Origin: Candidatus Giovannonibacteria bacterium RIFCSPLOWO2_02_FULL_45_28
GTDB lineage: Bacteria; Patescibacteriota; Minisyncoccia; UBA11713; 2-01-FULL-45-33
DNA length: 64,000 nucleotides
Direction: 5' to 3'
Assembly: GCA_001780725.1 (NCBI GenBank)
Contig: MFIM01000028.1
Span: forward strand, 10,368 to 74,367
Shown: in pieces, positions 35,779 to 45,752 of the stretch
Layout of the letters: each line of letters opens with the position of its first letter
Position numbering within the stretch: position 1 is the first letter of the stretch
The notes under the pieces: generated by a model
The model's input: only the letters and a program-made list of their open reading frames with translations
Told to the model about the DNA's origin: nothing
Databases searched by the model: none
Translations under genes and position numbers: made by a program

Positions 35779-37095
35779 ATGGATTTTGAGCTTACTGAAG
35801 AGCAAAAAGAGTTTAAGGCGCTAGCGCGTGGAATTTTGGAAAAAGAGCTTAAACCTTTGGTATTGAGGTTGGATGAAAAAAGCGTTTACCATGCAGGGTT
35901 TATAAAAGAGATTTTGGAAAAAGAGATTGGGCTTTTGGCGGTTAAGCTGGCTGAAGAAGGTGTCTATGCCGCAAAATTTATAGCGGCTTTGGAAGAAAAG
36001 TTAAAACTTTTGGCGCGCGCCCTGCCGGAAGAGAGTGCTTATCCGTTGGACTTCATAAAAAAAATGGGGAACCTCGGCTTTATGGGCATTTTCATTCCGG
36101 AAGAATACGGAGGATTGGGGAAGAGTCTTTTTGAATTCGCGCTGGTGGCAGAGGAGATCGCCAGAGTTTGTTTGAGTGCGGCAACTGCTTACGGTGTAAT
36201 TGCTCTGGGAACCTTGCCGATTTTGCTTTCTGGCACGGAAGAACAAAAGAAAAAATACCTGACCAAAATCGCTTCTGGAGAGATGCTGGTCGCTTTTGCC
36301 ATTACGGAAGCTGATGCCGGATCAGATGTTATGGCAATGAAAATGCGCGCGGCGCGCGATGGAGATTTTTACGTTTTAAACGGAATGAAACAATTTATTA
36401 CTAGCGCTGGACCGTCAGACATTTATTCTGTTTTTGCCAAAACTAATCCAGAAAAAGGCGAGAGGGGGGTTTCCGGATTTATCGTGGAAAAAGAAACTCC
36501 GGGACTGGAATTTGGCGAAAAAGAAAAAAAGCTGGGCATCCGTGCATCAGAAACCAGAAGCCTTATTTTAACCGATTGCAAAGTCCCGGCAGAAAATTTA
36601 ATCGGCGGGAGAGAAAATTTAGGCGCAATTCATATTTTAAATACCCTTAATCGCTCGCGGATCGTGGTTGGCGCATTGGGAGTCGGATGCGCAGAAGGCG
36701 CGCTGAAACAAGCCATTTCTTACGCAAAAGAGAGAAAACAATTTGGCCAGAGCATTGCGAGCTTTCAGATAATCCAACACAAACTTGCAGAGATGGCCGT
36801 ACGCGTTGAGACAGCGAAGCTTTTGGTTTATAAAGCCGCTTGGCTTGCAGGCCAGAAAGATACCGGAAAAAGCGTTTTGGCTAAATTCGGCGCGATGGCA
36901 AAATATTTTGCGGCTCAAGCGGCTTGCAATAACGCTGATGATAATATTCAGATTTGCGGCGGCATGGGTTTTATGGAGGAATTTGGAGCAGCAAAACGTT
37001 GGCGTGACTCCAGAATTCTGCGTATCTACGAGGGCACCGACGAAATCCAGAAAAACGAAATCGCCAGGATTTTGATAAAAGAAAGCGCAAATTAA
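35779..37095 (+). CDS. Acyl-CoA dehydrogenase with a triplicated N-terminal motif
   Basis: An ACAD fold (TEADAGSDV, ICGGMGFMEE). Residues ~30-100 hold three diverged tandem copies of a ~23 aa segment. Confidence 0.85.
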   Translation: MDFELTEEQKEFKALARGILEKELKPLVLRLDEKSVYHAGFIKEILEKEIGLLAVKLAEEGVYAAKFIAALEEKLKLLARALPEESAYPLDFIKKMGNLGFMGIFIPEEYGGLGKSLFEFALVAEEIARVCLSAATAYGVIALGTLPILLSGTEEQKKKYLTKIASGEMLVAFAITEADAGSDVMAMKMRAARDGDFYVLNGMKQFITSAGPSDIYSVFAKTNPEKGERGVSGFIVEKETPGLEFGEKEKKLGIRASETRSLILTDCKVPAENLIGGRENLGAIHILNTLNRSRIVVGALGVGCAEGALKQAISYAKERKQFGQSIASFQIIQHKLAEMAVRVETAKLLVYKAAWLAGQKDTGKSVLAKFGAMAKYFAAQAACNNADDNIQICGGMGFMEEFGAAKRWRDSRILRIYEGTDEIQKNEIARILIKESAN

Positions 37096-37096
37096 C

Positions 37097-37543
37097 GTGA
37101 ATGTAAGCCAAACTGAAACTTATATCAGAAAATTGTTAGAGAGTGCCACCGCGCACAAGCGCGAAAAAATGGAACTTGCCGTGATAAATCTCAAAGAAAG
37201 GTCTTTGACAATCAAGGTCGGCGCCGATAAAAGTCGTGGGGTTCCTTATCAAAAAGTTAATCAGCTGCAGGGCGGCTATGCGGCCGTGTTTACCGATTCT
37301 CCGATGTGGATTGTTCTAATGTTTGATAAATCTTTGCGAAATAAGGTAATTCGCACTTCTAAAATTGAAACGCATTGGTTTAAACCGGCGCGCGCGAACG
37401 AAGGACTCGTTGTTCACGCGCGCTATAGGCGGCAGGAAACTAAAAACGGCAAAACTCGATTTTTCAGCTCTGCCATAATCAAAAACCGCAAAGGCGAAAC
37501 GGTCGCCGTAGTAAAAGCAGTAAACCAACTTATAGAAAAATAG
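37097..37543 (+). CDS. Hotdog-fold thioesterase (PaaI/4HBT-like)
   Basis: A 148 aa ORF whose pattern and length fit hotdog thioesterases. Confidence 0.5.
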   Translation: MNVSQTETYIRKLLESATAHKREKMELAVINLKERSLTIKVGADKSRGVPYQKVNQLQGGYAAVFTDSPMWIVLMFDKSLRNKVIRTSKIETHWFKPARANEGLVVHARYRRQETKNGKTRFFSSAIIKNRKGETVAVVKAVNQLIEK

Positions 37544-37621
37544 GGCGTCAATTTTTGACGCCTCTTTTAATTTTCTTCGGCTGGTGCTATACAGAAAACA
37601 GATTTACCCCGTCAAAAGGGG

Positions 37622-38920
37622 TTGAGAGGTTTTATGTGGTTTGCGCGCGAAAATGAAGTTTATGTAGTGGGGGTCGCTGGAATTCCTTTTGTAGCGATTG
37701 ATGTCGGTGTTTTGCCAAGCAAACTTAAGGAAACTGCAAAAAGGGTAATAGAGGTAGACATTCCGCGGCTGGAAGCCGAATCGGGACTTAAAATAAAAGC
37801 TGAATACCCGTTTAATAAAAGCTCTTATTCCGGTATCGCTGCGCGAGATTTGGCGCTGGTTGCGCTGGAAGCGCTTTTTAAAAACGTGCCGGCAATAGCT
37901 CCAGAACGCGTTGATGTATTCAGGATCGGCTCTGTGATTTGTCATAAAACAGAAGAGATAAATATGCACGCATTTGCAAAAGTTGTCGCGCTTCGTGCAG
38001 GAATGAAACGCGCGGACAGCGAAACAAAAGACAAAGCGTGCTCCTCCGCTTTGGCCGCAGCTGGGGAAGCATATCGCATGATAAAAAACGGCGATGCGGA
38101 TTTTGCTGTTGCTGGCGGCATTGAAAAAATGTGCGATGTGTCCGACCGGCTTGTGCGTCTTGGTCTTACAAATCCTTTTGATGGACGATTGATGGCTGCG
38201 CTTGCAAACGAGGTTGCTGGAGAATTTAATCTTACCAGAGAAGAGCTTGACGACTACGCGTACGGATCATGCCGGCGCGCGAAAGAATGGCAAGGAAAAC
38301 ATAGATTTATAGCGCCAGTCCAAACGCTGAACGGAACTATTATTCAATTTGATGAAAGAGTAGAAAGACGGGCTGTGGACCGAAAGGTGTTTGCCAAAGC
38401 GCAACGTTATCCGCAATATGCCGACAAGGAAGATTCGCCAAAATGCGACGTTGTAACATGGCTAAATTCCGCACAATACGCAGGTGGTGGCGGATTTGTA
38501 TTTTTAGCCTCCGGCAAAATGGTAAAAAAACACAATCTTTCCAAACTCGCTAGAATCTTGGCGTTTTCTGTAGCAAGCGGCGGAGAGCCAAAAAATTTTA
38601 TTTTGAAACCAGAAGAAGCGATTCAAAAATGTTTGGATGCGACCGGCCTCCATTGGAACGACATTGGACATATTGAAGATAATGAGGCTTTTTCGGTTGG
38701 TCCGGTACTTTTAATGCTGTTGCACCATATTGAAAGGGAGAGAATGAACCGCGGTGGCGGCGCAATTTCCCACGGACACGCCATTGGTGGGACAACCGGA
38801 AGGCTTCTTGTTAAAGACATAGACATTATGGAGCGCGACAAAGAAAAATATACCGTTGTCACTGCATGCAACGCGGTAGACGAAGCCCCCGCGATGTTTT
38901 TAGTAAATCCGTACGTTTAG
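37622..38920 (+). CDS. Thiolase-family protein
   Basis: KACSSALAAAGEAYRMIKNGDADFAVAGGIEKM is the thiolase active-site Cys region, and a C-terminal GGG...H.G motif follows. Confidence 0.7.
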   Translation: MRGFMWFARENEVYVVGVAGIPFVAIDVGVLPSKLKETAKRVIEVDIPRLEAESGLKIKAEYPFNKSSYSGIAARDLALVALEALFKNVPAIAPERVDVFRIGSVICHKTEEINMHAFAKVVALRAGMKRADSETKDKACSSALAAAGEAYRMIKNGDADFAVAGGIEKMCDVSDRLVRLGLTNPFDGRLMAALANEVAGEFNLTREELDDYAYGSCRRAKEWQGKHRFIAPVQTLNGTIIQFDERVERRAVDRKVFAKAQRYPQYADKEDSPKCDVVTWLNSAQYAGGGGFVFLASGKMVKKHNLSKLARILAFSVASGGEPKNFILKPEEAIQKCLDATGLHWNDIGHIEDNEAFSVGPVLLMLLHHIERERMNRGGGAISHGHAIGGTTGRLLVKDIDIMERDKEKYTVVTACNAVDEAPAMFLVNPYV

Positions 38921-38935
38921 TATGGATTTTTTTCT

Positions 38936-40123
38936 TTGTTGTGCTATACCCAAACTAGATCAGGTTTAAAAATGGCCAAACGCAGAGAAGCTTACATTGT
39001 AGCGATGATGCGGTCGCCCATCGCGAAAGTTGAAAAAATTAAAGGAACAGAAACGTACAAAAGCGCGATTTCTTCGCTAACACCACAAGAGCTTACGCGG
39101 CAGGTTTTGCGCGGGCTTTTTATCTTGAACGGCCTTGCACCAAACTGTGTTGACTTTTTTGCGATGGGGTCCGCCGTTTCTTTGAAAACCGCCGATCAAG
39201 CGCCCGTTAAAGAAATCGCCTTGCTTTCAGAAATGGAGCATGCCGACTGCGAGCTTGTTGAAAAAGCGTGCTCTTCCGGACTTGTTGCAGCGTATCGCGC
39301 CGCGCAAAGTATTTGGCACGAAGGTGCGGATTTCGCGATCGGCGGTGGGATAGATATGATGAGCCAAGATGCCGCAAGGACCAACGCCGCGCTTTGGGAT
39401 TCTCTCGCCGGAAAGTTTATGTACCAGTTGGCGGATGAAAAAGCCGTTGAGTTGGGTATCTCGCGCGAGGAACACGACAAATACGCTTCTGAAAGCTACG
39501 AACGCGCCAAAAAGTTCCTCTACAACACCGGCTCATACGTTACTGCGATTGTTATCCCCGGCCAGGAGCAATTTCTTCTGACTTTTGATGAAATTCCGAC
39601 CATGCGCGATATGACTTTGGAAAAAATCCAGAGAGTGCGCGTTTTTGAAGAATGCCAAATTCTTACTCCGGCAAGCTCTTCCAAGTGGGGCGACGGAGTC
39701 GCGGTTGCAGCGTTTGCCTCGCCGCGATTTGTAAGAACTCATAAACTGCGCCCACTGGCTCGCTTCGTTGCTTTTACTAGGGCAAGCGGCAATGAGCCAA
39801 AAAATTTTGTTACCGAACCCGCTAAGGCGGTGAGAAAACTGCTTAAAAAAACGAAAACAGAAATAGAAAAAGTAGATGTCGCTCTTGTCAACGAAGCATT
39901 TGCCACGTCCCCGCTTGATTTTATGCGAACAACTGGAATGCCGCACGAAAAAGTAAACCCGAGAGGCGGGGCGATTGCTCTAGGACATCCATTGGGCATG
40001 TCGGGAATGCGGATTATGAGCGAGGCGGTGCACATTTTAAACCAAGAAAATAAAAACATCGCGATTGTTTCCGTTTGCAACGCAAAAGACGAAGCAACCG
40101 CCGCGGAGATTCACAGAACATAA
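38936..40123 (+). CDS. Thiolase-family protein (acetyl-CoA C-acyltransferase-like)
   Basis: KACSSGLVAAYRAAQSIWHEGADFAIGGGIDMMS and a C-terminal NPRGGAIALGHPLGMSG. Confidence 0.7.
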   Translation: MLCYTQTRSGLKMAKRREAYIVAMMRSPIAKVEKIKGTETYKSAISSLTPQELTRQVLRGLFILNGLAPNCVDFFAMGSAVSLKTADQAPVKEIALLSEMEHADCELVEKACSSGLVAAYRAAQSIWHEGADFAIGGGIDMMSQDAARTNAALWDSLAGKFMYQLADEKAVELGISREEHDKYASESYERAKKFLYNTGSYVTAIVIPGQEQFLLTFDEIPTMRDMTLEKIQRVRVFEECQILTPASSSKWGDGVAVAAFASPRFVRTHKLRPLARFVAFTRASGNEPKNFVTEPAKAVRKLLKKTKTEIEKVDVALVNEAFATSPLDFMRTTGMPHEKVNPRGGAIALGHPLGMSGMRIMSEAVHILNQENKNIAIVSVCNAKDEATAAEIHRT

Positions 40124-40146
40124 AAAGGCCGACTAGTCGGCCTTTT

Positions 40147-42099
40147 TTACTCATCTTCTCCGCCCCTTTTTAACTTTTTGAATCTTTCTTCTAAAAACTC
40201 AATAATCATTCTAAGCGCATCGTCTGTTTGGAAAGCAGCAACGACGGCGTTGAATTCATAATTACCAATTCCTAAAAGAATACTATTTTCGTTTCCTTTC
40301 CAAATTGCTTGCCTCGCCAGCCGGAAAGATTCCGGCGGTTTTCCTTTCCAAAACTTCCACGCGCCCCACGATTCCGTGAACTCGCTTATCCAATCCCAAA
40401 GAGTGTAGTGAATCGGCTCCCGCTTTTTTTTGCCAATTTTGTCGGCATTTGCCACGAGTTCCATCAAGCGCTCTTCTGTTATTTTATCAACCGCTTCATC
40501 AACCCAAGGCATTCCGACTTCTTCGCCAAGTTCATATAAAGTGGCGCCTCGCAAAATCATCCGTAGCGCTTTTTGCAAACCGGCCCTTCGCGGAAGAGTC
40601 TGCGTCCCTCCGCCTCCGGGCTTAATTCCGCGCTTAAGTTCAACAAGACCTATTTTGGCGCTTTTTTCCGCAATAATATAATCGCATGCAAGCGCCCATT
40701 CGTAAGCGCCCCCAAACGCCGAACCTTTTATCGCAGCGATTACTGTTCCCGGATAGTCCATAGCCTCATGGATTGCCGAGTGCCATGTCTTTATCGCGTA
40801 CCTTGCCGCTTCTTCGCTCAACATGGCCGCCAAAAATTCGTCTATGTCAGCGCCCCTTGCTCTGTTGATTTCCAAAATGACGCACATTGCGCCCACTTGC
40901 TTTGCAAGGCAGAATTTTTCCTTTAATTCTTTTACAAGGTGAAGCGGCAAGGTTTTTCCGCTCCATCCTATGCGCGCGCAAGATTTATCCGGCGCAAATT
41001 CAAATTTTACACTTTTCCTGTCTTGGTAAAATCCTCCAAGTGGAGATTTTTTGCCGAGTTTCCCTTCGGTGGTCATTTTTTCCAGTATTTCTGGAACTTC
41101 CCAGCGGTCAGATTCCTGAAGCTTGAGCATTCTGCAGCAATCCGCCGCAACGTCAACGCCAACATGGTCAATCAATTTGTAAGGGCCCATTTCAAACCTA
41201 ACCTCCGGATCTTTGCCGCTGTCAACAAGTTCAATCATTTCATAAGGGCCTTTCGGCATTGCCGTCCCCAGTTTCATAAGCGCATCAACGTTTTCTTTAA
41301 ACTTTTCTTCGGACATACCGAGAAGTTCGTGGCCTTTGTCTTTCACAATTAAATCCCGCGCGGCCGCTAAAAACTCATCAACTATCAGCCGGGCGACTGG
41401 GTCCGAAAACCAAGCACCGGTTCCGAACGCTTTATCAATTTTTCGGAAATCAGCAGTGGCTCCCAGTTTTGCAGACGCCTGAACCATTCTAACCAGCAAA
41501 CGGTTCACAATGAAGCCGGGCAGATCCGGAGCCCAAAAAAGCTTTTTACCCAAAAGACGCGCAACGTCGATCGCAGCCTTTTCAATATCCAAAGAATTGT
41601 CCCGCAAATTACCCTTATGCAAAATTGCCTCAACCGGAGGCATGGCGGACACCGGATTAAAAAAATGCAAACCCATAAATCTTTCTGGGTGTTTTAGGCC
41701 AGCTGCCAACCGGGCAATCTGAAACGTAGAGGTATTGGTAAACATCGGCGCCTCTGGCGGAAGAAATCTTTCCAATTCCTGATAGAGCGCAATTTTAAGG
41801 TTCGCGTTTTCTTTAATCGCTTCAATAACTGCGTCCGCGGAAGCCACGTTTTTAACATTTTCCGGAGTTGTCTTGTAAAACTTTATTCTTTCAAAAACTT
41901 CCGTGACAGCCTCTCTGGAGCGATAAACAAATTTGTAGTTTTTAACCGTTTGAAAAATTGCAGCCGGAAGGGTTTCTTTGGCTTTCGCTAGTGCTCCCGG
42001 AAAACTGTCAAAAAGCATAACACCCACCTTCGCTTTAGCCAGCTCTGCTGCAACGCCGGACCCCATAACTCCAGCGCCAAAAACAGCAACTCTTTTCAT
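40147..42099 (-). CDS. Fused 3-hydroxyacyl-CoA dehydrogenase (N-terminal) / enoyl-CoA hydratase (C-terminal)
   Basis: An N-terminal NAD-binding VAVFGAGVMGSGVA and a C-terminal crotonase motif ALACDYIIAEKSAKIGLVELKRGIKPGGGGTQ. Confidence 0.85.
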   Translation of the reverse strand: MKRVAVFGAGVMGSGVAAELAKAKVGVMLFDSFPGALAKAKETLPAAIFQTVKNYKFVYRSREAVTEVFERIKFYKTTPENVKNVASADAVIEAIKENANLKIALYQELERFLPPEAPMFTNTSTFQIARLAAGLKHPERFMGLHFFNPVSAMPPVEAILHKGNLRDNSLDIEKAAIDVARLLGKKLFWAPDLPGFIVNRLLVRMVQASAKLGATADFRKIDKAFGTGAWFSDPVARLIVDEFLAAARDLIVKDKGHELLGMSEEKFKENVDALMKLGTAMPKGPYEMIELVDSGKDPEVRFEMGPYKLIDHVGVDVAADCCRMLKLQESDRWEVPEILEKMTTEGKLGKKSPLGGFYQDRKSVKFEFAPDKSCARIGWSGKTLPLHLVKELKEKFCLAKQVGAMCVILEINRARGADIDEFLAAMLSEEAARYAIKTWHSAIHEAMDYPGTVIAAIKGSAFGGAYEWALACDYIIAEKSAKIGLVELKRGIKPGGGGTQTLPRRAGLQKALRMILRGATLYELGEEVGMPWVDEAVDKITEERLMELVANADKIGKKKREPIHYTLWDWISEFTESWGAWKFWKGKPPESFRLARQAIWKGNENSILLGIGNYEFNAVVAAFQTDDALRMIIEFLEERFKKLKRGGEDE

Positions 42100-42119
42100 G
42101 TCGTCATCTCCCTTCGAAA

Positions 42120-42350
42120 TCAGCTATGAAGATCGACTATCTGACCTTCATCGACAGCTTTCAACAAGCATTTGCCGCAAGCGCAGAGTTTTCCGTGATT
42201 CCCGGAGTTTTCAAAGCACTCCGTGACAATAGCTTCGGCCAATGCTTCCGGCAGGGCGCGCAAAATCTCTTGGGTATTTCTCAAGTAGCTGTCTATATCC
42301 AATCTCCGCTCCATTTCTCTCTCAATAACCTTTTTAATCAGATCTTTCAT
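42120..42350 (-). CDS. Small hypothetical Cys-containing protein
   Basis: A 76 aa ORF with a CACGKC motif, co-directional with and upstream of the fusion gene. Confidence 0.35.
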   Translation of the reverse strand: MKDLIKKVIEREMERRLDIDSYLRNTQEILRALPEALAEAIVTECFENSGNHGKLCACGKCLLKAVDEGQIVDLHS

Positions 42351-42402
42351 AGAACCTCCTTCCCCAAAAATCTGGCTTTAACATAGCGCCCTTTGTGTTA
42401 TA

Positions 42403-43572
42403 ATGTCAACCATGCGATATTTTTTAACATCCGAATCAGTAACCGAGGGACATCCGGACAAATTGGCCGATCAGATTTCTGACGGTGTTTTAGACGAAAT
42501 TTTGCGCCAAGACCCTTATGCGCGGGTCGCGGTAGAATCCTTGCTTACAACCGGCCAGGTTGTTGTGGCCGGAGAAGTTACCACCAAAGCATATATTGAT
42601 GTGCAAAATATTGTGCGCGGAGTTTTGAAAGAGGCGGGGTACGTAAAAAGCGAATATGGGATTGACGGAGACAGCTGCGGAGTTTTGGTGTCGCTCCATG
42701 AACAGTCTCCGGATATCGCGCTTGGGGTCAGCGGATACCGAAAAGAAAGACCGGAGGCGGTTGGCGCGGGAGATCAGGGAATGATGTTTGGGTACGCGTC
42801 TGACGAGACGCCGGAACTTATGCCCGCGCCGATTGCTTTTGCGCATCGCGTTACGCGCAGGCTCGCGCAAGCAAGAAAATCTGGAGAGATTAAATATTTG
42901 CGGCCGGACGGCAAATCTCAAGTGACGGTTGAATATGAAAATGGTTCAGTAAAAAGAATTCACACCGTGCTTGTGTCAGCCCAGCATGCGCCGGGAGTTT
43001 CAATAGCCAAAATGAAGCGCGATATTGTAAAAAAAATAATAAAAAAAGTTTTGCCGAAAAAATTGATTGACAGCAAGACCAAATTTTTGGTAAATCCAAC
43101 CGGAAGGTTCGTCATCGGCGGACCCGCCGGAGACACGGGGCTTACGGGGAGAAAAATTATAGTGGATACCTATGGCGGCGCTGGCGCGCACGGCGGAGGA
43201 GCATTTTCAGGGAAAGACCCGACAAAAGTTGACCGTTCAGCTTCCTACTACGCAAGATATGTAGCAAAAAACATCGTTGCGGCCGGTTTGGCTAAAAAGG
43301 TTGAGGTGAAAGTCGCTTATGCAATCGGCGTTCCGGAGCCGCTGATGGTTGATGTTGATGACTTTGGCACATCTGACGTGGGGCGTGAGAAATTAGTAAG
43401 AATAGTTAAAAAAATTTTTGACTTCCGCCCGGGGATGATTATAAAAGAATTGCGGCTGCGACGCCCAATCTACAAACAAACCGCCGCCTACGGGCATTTT
43501 GGCCGCACCGACCTAGATTTGCCTTGGGAGCGCATTAATAAAGCGGCTGCGTTGAGAAGATACGTGTCCTAA
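42403..43572 (+). CDS. metK: S-adenosylmethionine synthetase
   Basis: [13 protein letters not shown] and [16 protein letters not shown] are MetK signatures. Confidence 0.9.
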   Translation: MSTMRYFLTSESVTEGHPDKLADQISDGVLDEILRQDPYARVAVESLLTTGQVVVAGEVTTKAYIDVQNIVRGVLKEAGYVKSEYGIDGDSCGVLVSLHEQSPDIALGVSGYRKERPEAVGAGDQGMMFGYASDETPELMPAPIAFAHRVTRRLAQARKSGEIKYLRPDGKSQVTVEYENGSVKRIHTVLVSAQHAPGVSIAKMKRDIVKKIIKKVLPKKLIDSKTKFLVNPTGRFVIGGPAGDTGLTGRKIIVDTYGGAGAHGGGAFSGKDPTKVDRSASYYARYVAKNIVAAGLAKKVEVKVAYAIGVPEPLMVDVDDFGTSDVGREKLVRIVKKIFDFRPGMIIKELRLRRPIYKQTAAYGHFGRTDLDLPWERINKAAALRRYVS

Positions 43573-43590
43573 ACTCGGTTTCGGACAGAT

Positions 43591-43661
43591 GGGCCGTTAG
43601 TAAAGTGGCATTACGCGGCATTCGCATTGCCGAGTCGCGAGTTCGATTCTCGCACGGTCCA
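43591..43661 (+). tRNA. tRNA-Ala (anticodon CGC)
   Basis: A cloverleaf with a G3:U70 acceptor pair and anticodon loop TTCGCAT. No CCA is encoded. Confidence 0.8.
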
Positions 43662-43854
43662 AAAATTTGGCGAAGAAAGAAAATCCTGAATTATTTCCGG
43701 GGGCTGTGAATTGCGCACGGTGGCGCTTGGGTTATAATTAACGTATATGAACAAAATAAATTCAGCCAAGCTTGTTTGTGGCTTATTTTGGCAGTTTTAA
43801 TCGTAGCTGGGGCATATTACTTATGGTCCGGCGGCGCGCTTTGAACTAAATCAG

Positions 43855-43883
43855 CAAAAAAATCCCCCGAGTTATTTCGGGGG
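43855..43883 (-). terminator. Intrinsic terminator for the HAD gene; overlaps its stop codon
   Basis: CCCCCGA - gttat - TTCGGGGG with a T-tract on the minus strand. Confidence 0.45.
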
Positions 43884-44504
43884 AAAATGTTTGTTTAAAA
43901 ATTTTTCAAATTGTCTCTGGTTTTTTTGATCGTCCAATTTGTACAAAAAACACGCACTCGCGCAAAACCCGGCTTTCTTGGCAGATTCGATATTGATCGG
44001 CAAATCGTCAACAAAAACAGCTTCCTTCGGAGAAAATCCGAGGTCGCTAAAAGCCCGGTGAAATAAGGTGACGTCGCGCTTGAGGGATTTTTTCTCCCAA
44101 GAAACTATCCAATTTTCTTTCTCGTTGTCTCTGAAAAGCTCAAACACTTGTGGAAATTTTAATACGGTCATTTCAAAACAAAACGGATTGTTGTCGGTGA
44201 TCATTTTAAGTTCCCCGCGCCCGCGCTCTTTAAATCGCAAAATCTCATAAAACATTGGCTGGTTGATTTCGCGAATACTTTGCGCAAGCACAGCAATAAA
44301 ATCCGTCCTCGGGACGTGATGAGAAAAGTATTGTTCGTTTGCCTCCCGTAGCATCTCTGTCAAATTTATATTACCGCGATCAAATTGCAAGCAACACGAC
44401 AAAAAATCTTCAAGCACCCCATCTTTAAGAAGCGATTTGGTCGAGGTTGCGTCAAATCTGATAAGAACGTTCCCAAGATCAACGCAGAGCGTTGTCTTTT
44501 TCAT
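43872..44504 (-). CDS. HAD-superfamily hydrolase
   Basis: An N-terminal DxG motif (CVDLGNVLI) and FVDD near the C-terminus. Confidence 0.6.
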   Translation of the reverse strand: MKKTTLCVDLGNVLIRFDATSTKSLLKDGVLEDFLSCCLQFDRGNINLTEMLREANEQYFSHHVPRTDFIAVLAQSIREINQPMFYEILRFKERGRGELKMITDNNPFCFEMTVLKFPQVFELFRDNEKENWIVSWEKKSLKRDVTLFHRAFSDLGFSPKEAVFVDDLPINIESAKKAGFCASACFLYKLDDQKNQRQFEKFLNKHFPPK

Positions 44505-44534
44505 TCATTGCCCCTCGTCTCCAAAAAGCCTAAC

Positions 44535-45239
44535 ATGAAAGCTGTGGAAACACAAAATATTGTTTACGAAGACGAAAACCTGATCGCGCTCAATAAACCG
44601 CCGGGCGTAAATTTTGATTGGGTTTTGGAAACAAGAAAAGATCTTATTTCTGTCCACCGTTTGGACAAAGACACCTCCGGCATTATTTTATTCGCCAAAA
44701 ATCAAAGCGCCGCCGATTACTTAAAATCGCTTTTCCAAAATCACAAAATCCGAAAAACGTATCTAGCGCTGGTTGTCGGCAATGTGAAAAATAATCGCGG
44801 AGTTATTGATTTGCCGATAGGCCGCAGCAAAAAAACTCCGTTAAAAAGAGTCGCCGTCGGCGAGCGGCGCGGGAAAATGCGGGAGGCGGTTACGGAATTT
44901 AAAGTTTTAAAAAGATTTCCGCCAGCCCCCTCAAAGTCCGACTTTGAATCTGCAAAAAAGTCAGACTTCTTCCCGGCCGGAGGATTTACTTTAATAGAAG
45001 TTTATCCTGAAACTGGCCGCACTCATCAAATCCGCTCTCATTTTGCAGCGATTGGCCATCCGGTGGCATGCGATAAGCTCTATGGTGGAAAAAATCCCAA
45101 GTGCCCAGCAGAGCTCACGCGCCAATTTTTACATGCCTCGGTAGTTGATTTTACGCTTCCGTCAGGCGGCCGATTAAGGATAGAAGCCGACTTGCCGGAG
45201 GATTTAGAAAATGCTAAAGTCCTCCTATGCCGTCATTAA
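44535..45239 (+). CDS. RluA-family pseudouridine synthase with an in-frame repeat insertion
   Basis: HRLDKDTSG (the catalytic Asp motif) and [11 protein letters not shown]. The ORF-track start at 44385 overlaps the HAD gene; ATG 44535 is more likely. Confidence 0.8.
   Translation: MKAVETQNIVYEDENLIALNKPPGVNFDWVLETRKDLISVHRLDKDTSGIILFAKNQSAADYLKSLFQNHKIRKTYLALVVGNVKNNRGVIDLPIGRSKKTPLKRVAVGERRGKMREAVTEFKVLKRFPPAPSKSDFESAKKSDFFPAGGFTLIEVYPETGRTHQIRSHFAAIGHPVACDKLYGGKNPKCPAELTRQFLHASVVDFTLPSGGRLRIEADLPEDLENAKVLLCRH
44941..44990. repeat. Palindromic repeat element inserted in frame in the RluA gene
   Basis: TCAAAGTCCGACTTTGA is a perfect 17 nt palindrome. AAAAGTCAGACTTCTTCCCGG shares the 13-mer GACTTCTTCCCGG with the cca insertion. 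Confidence 0.5.
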
Positions 45240-45640
45240 ATTTAATTATTTCGCCGGTTGACATTGAGGCGAGAAAAAAGCTGGATTTTCGCGCAGGGGA
45301 CACGGTGCGCGTAACCCAAAAAGTGAAAGAGGGCGACAAAACCCGCCTCCAGGCTTTTGAGGGCTTGGTGCTGGCGCGAAAACACGGCGGAGAGCCAGGG
45401 GCGACTTTTATGGTTCGGAAGGTCATAAGCGGCGTTGGCGTAGAAAGAATTTTTCCGCTTTATTCTCCGGAAATTGATAAAATAGAAGTAAGGTCGCGGG
45501 CGTCAAAATTCAGGCGCGCGAAGCTCTATTATATCCGCGACCGCGTAGCAAAAGAGATAAGAAGAAAGATGAAAAGCATCAGAGCAGAAGCAAAAGCTCA
45601 ACCAAAAATAGAAGCGCCGAACACAGAAACAGCGGCTTAA
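45227..45640 (+). CDS. rplS: 50S ribosomal protein L19
   Basis: FRAGDTVRV...RLQ.FEG.V.A....G...TF.VRK is the L19 signature. Confidence 0.9.
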   Translation: MPSLNLIISPVDIEARKKLDFRAGDTVRVTQKVKEGDKTRLQAFEGLVLARKHGGEPGATFMVRKVISGVGVERIFPLYSPEIDKIEVRSRASKFRRAKLYYIRDRVAKEIRRKMKSIRAEAKAQPKIEAPNTETAA

Positions 45641-45644
45641 CAGC

Positions 45645-45728
45645 GCGCGGGTGGCGAAATTGGCAGACGCACTACCTTGAGGTGGTAGCGGGGGCAACCC
45701 CATGGAGGTTCAAATCCTCTCCCGCGCA
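45645..45728 (+). tRNA. tRNA-Leu (anticodon GAG)
   Basis: Acceptor GCGCGGG/CCCGCGC, anticodon loop TTGAGGT, a long variable arm and T-arm GGAGG-TTCAAAT-CCTCT. Confidence 0.75.
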
Positions 45729-45752
45729 AAAACATCGTGATATAATGCACTT

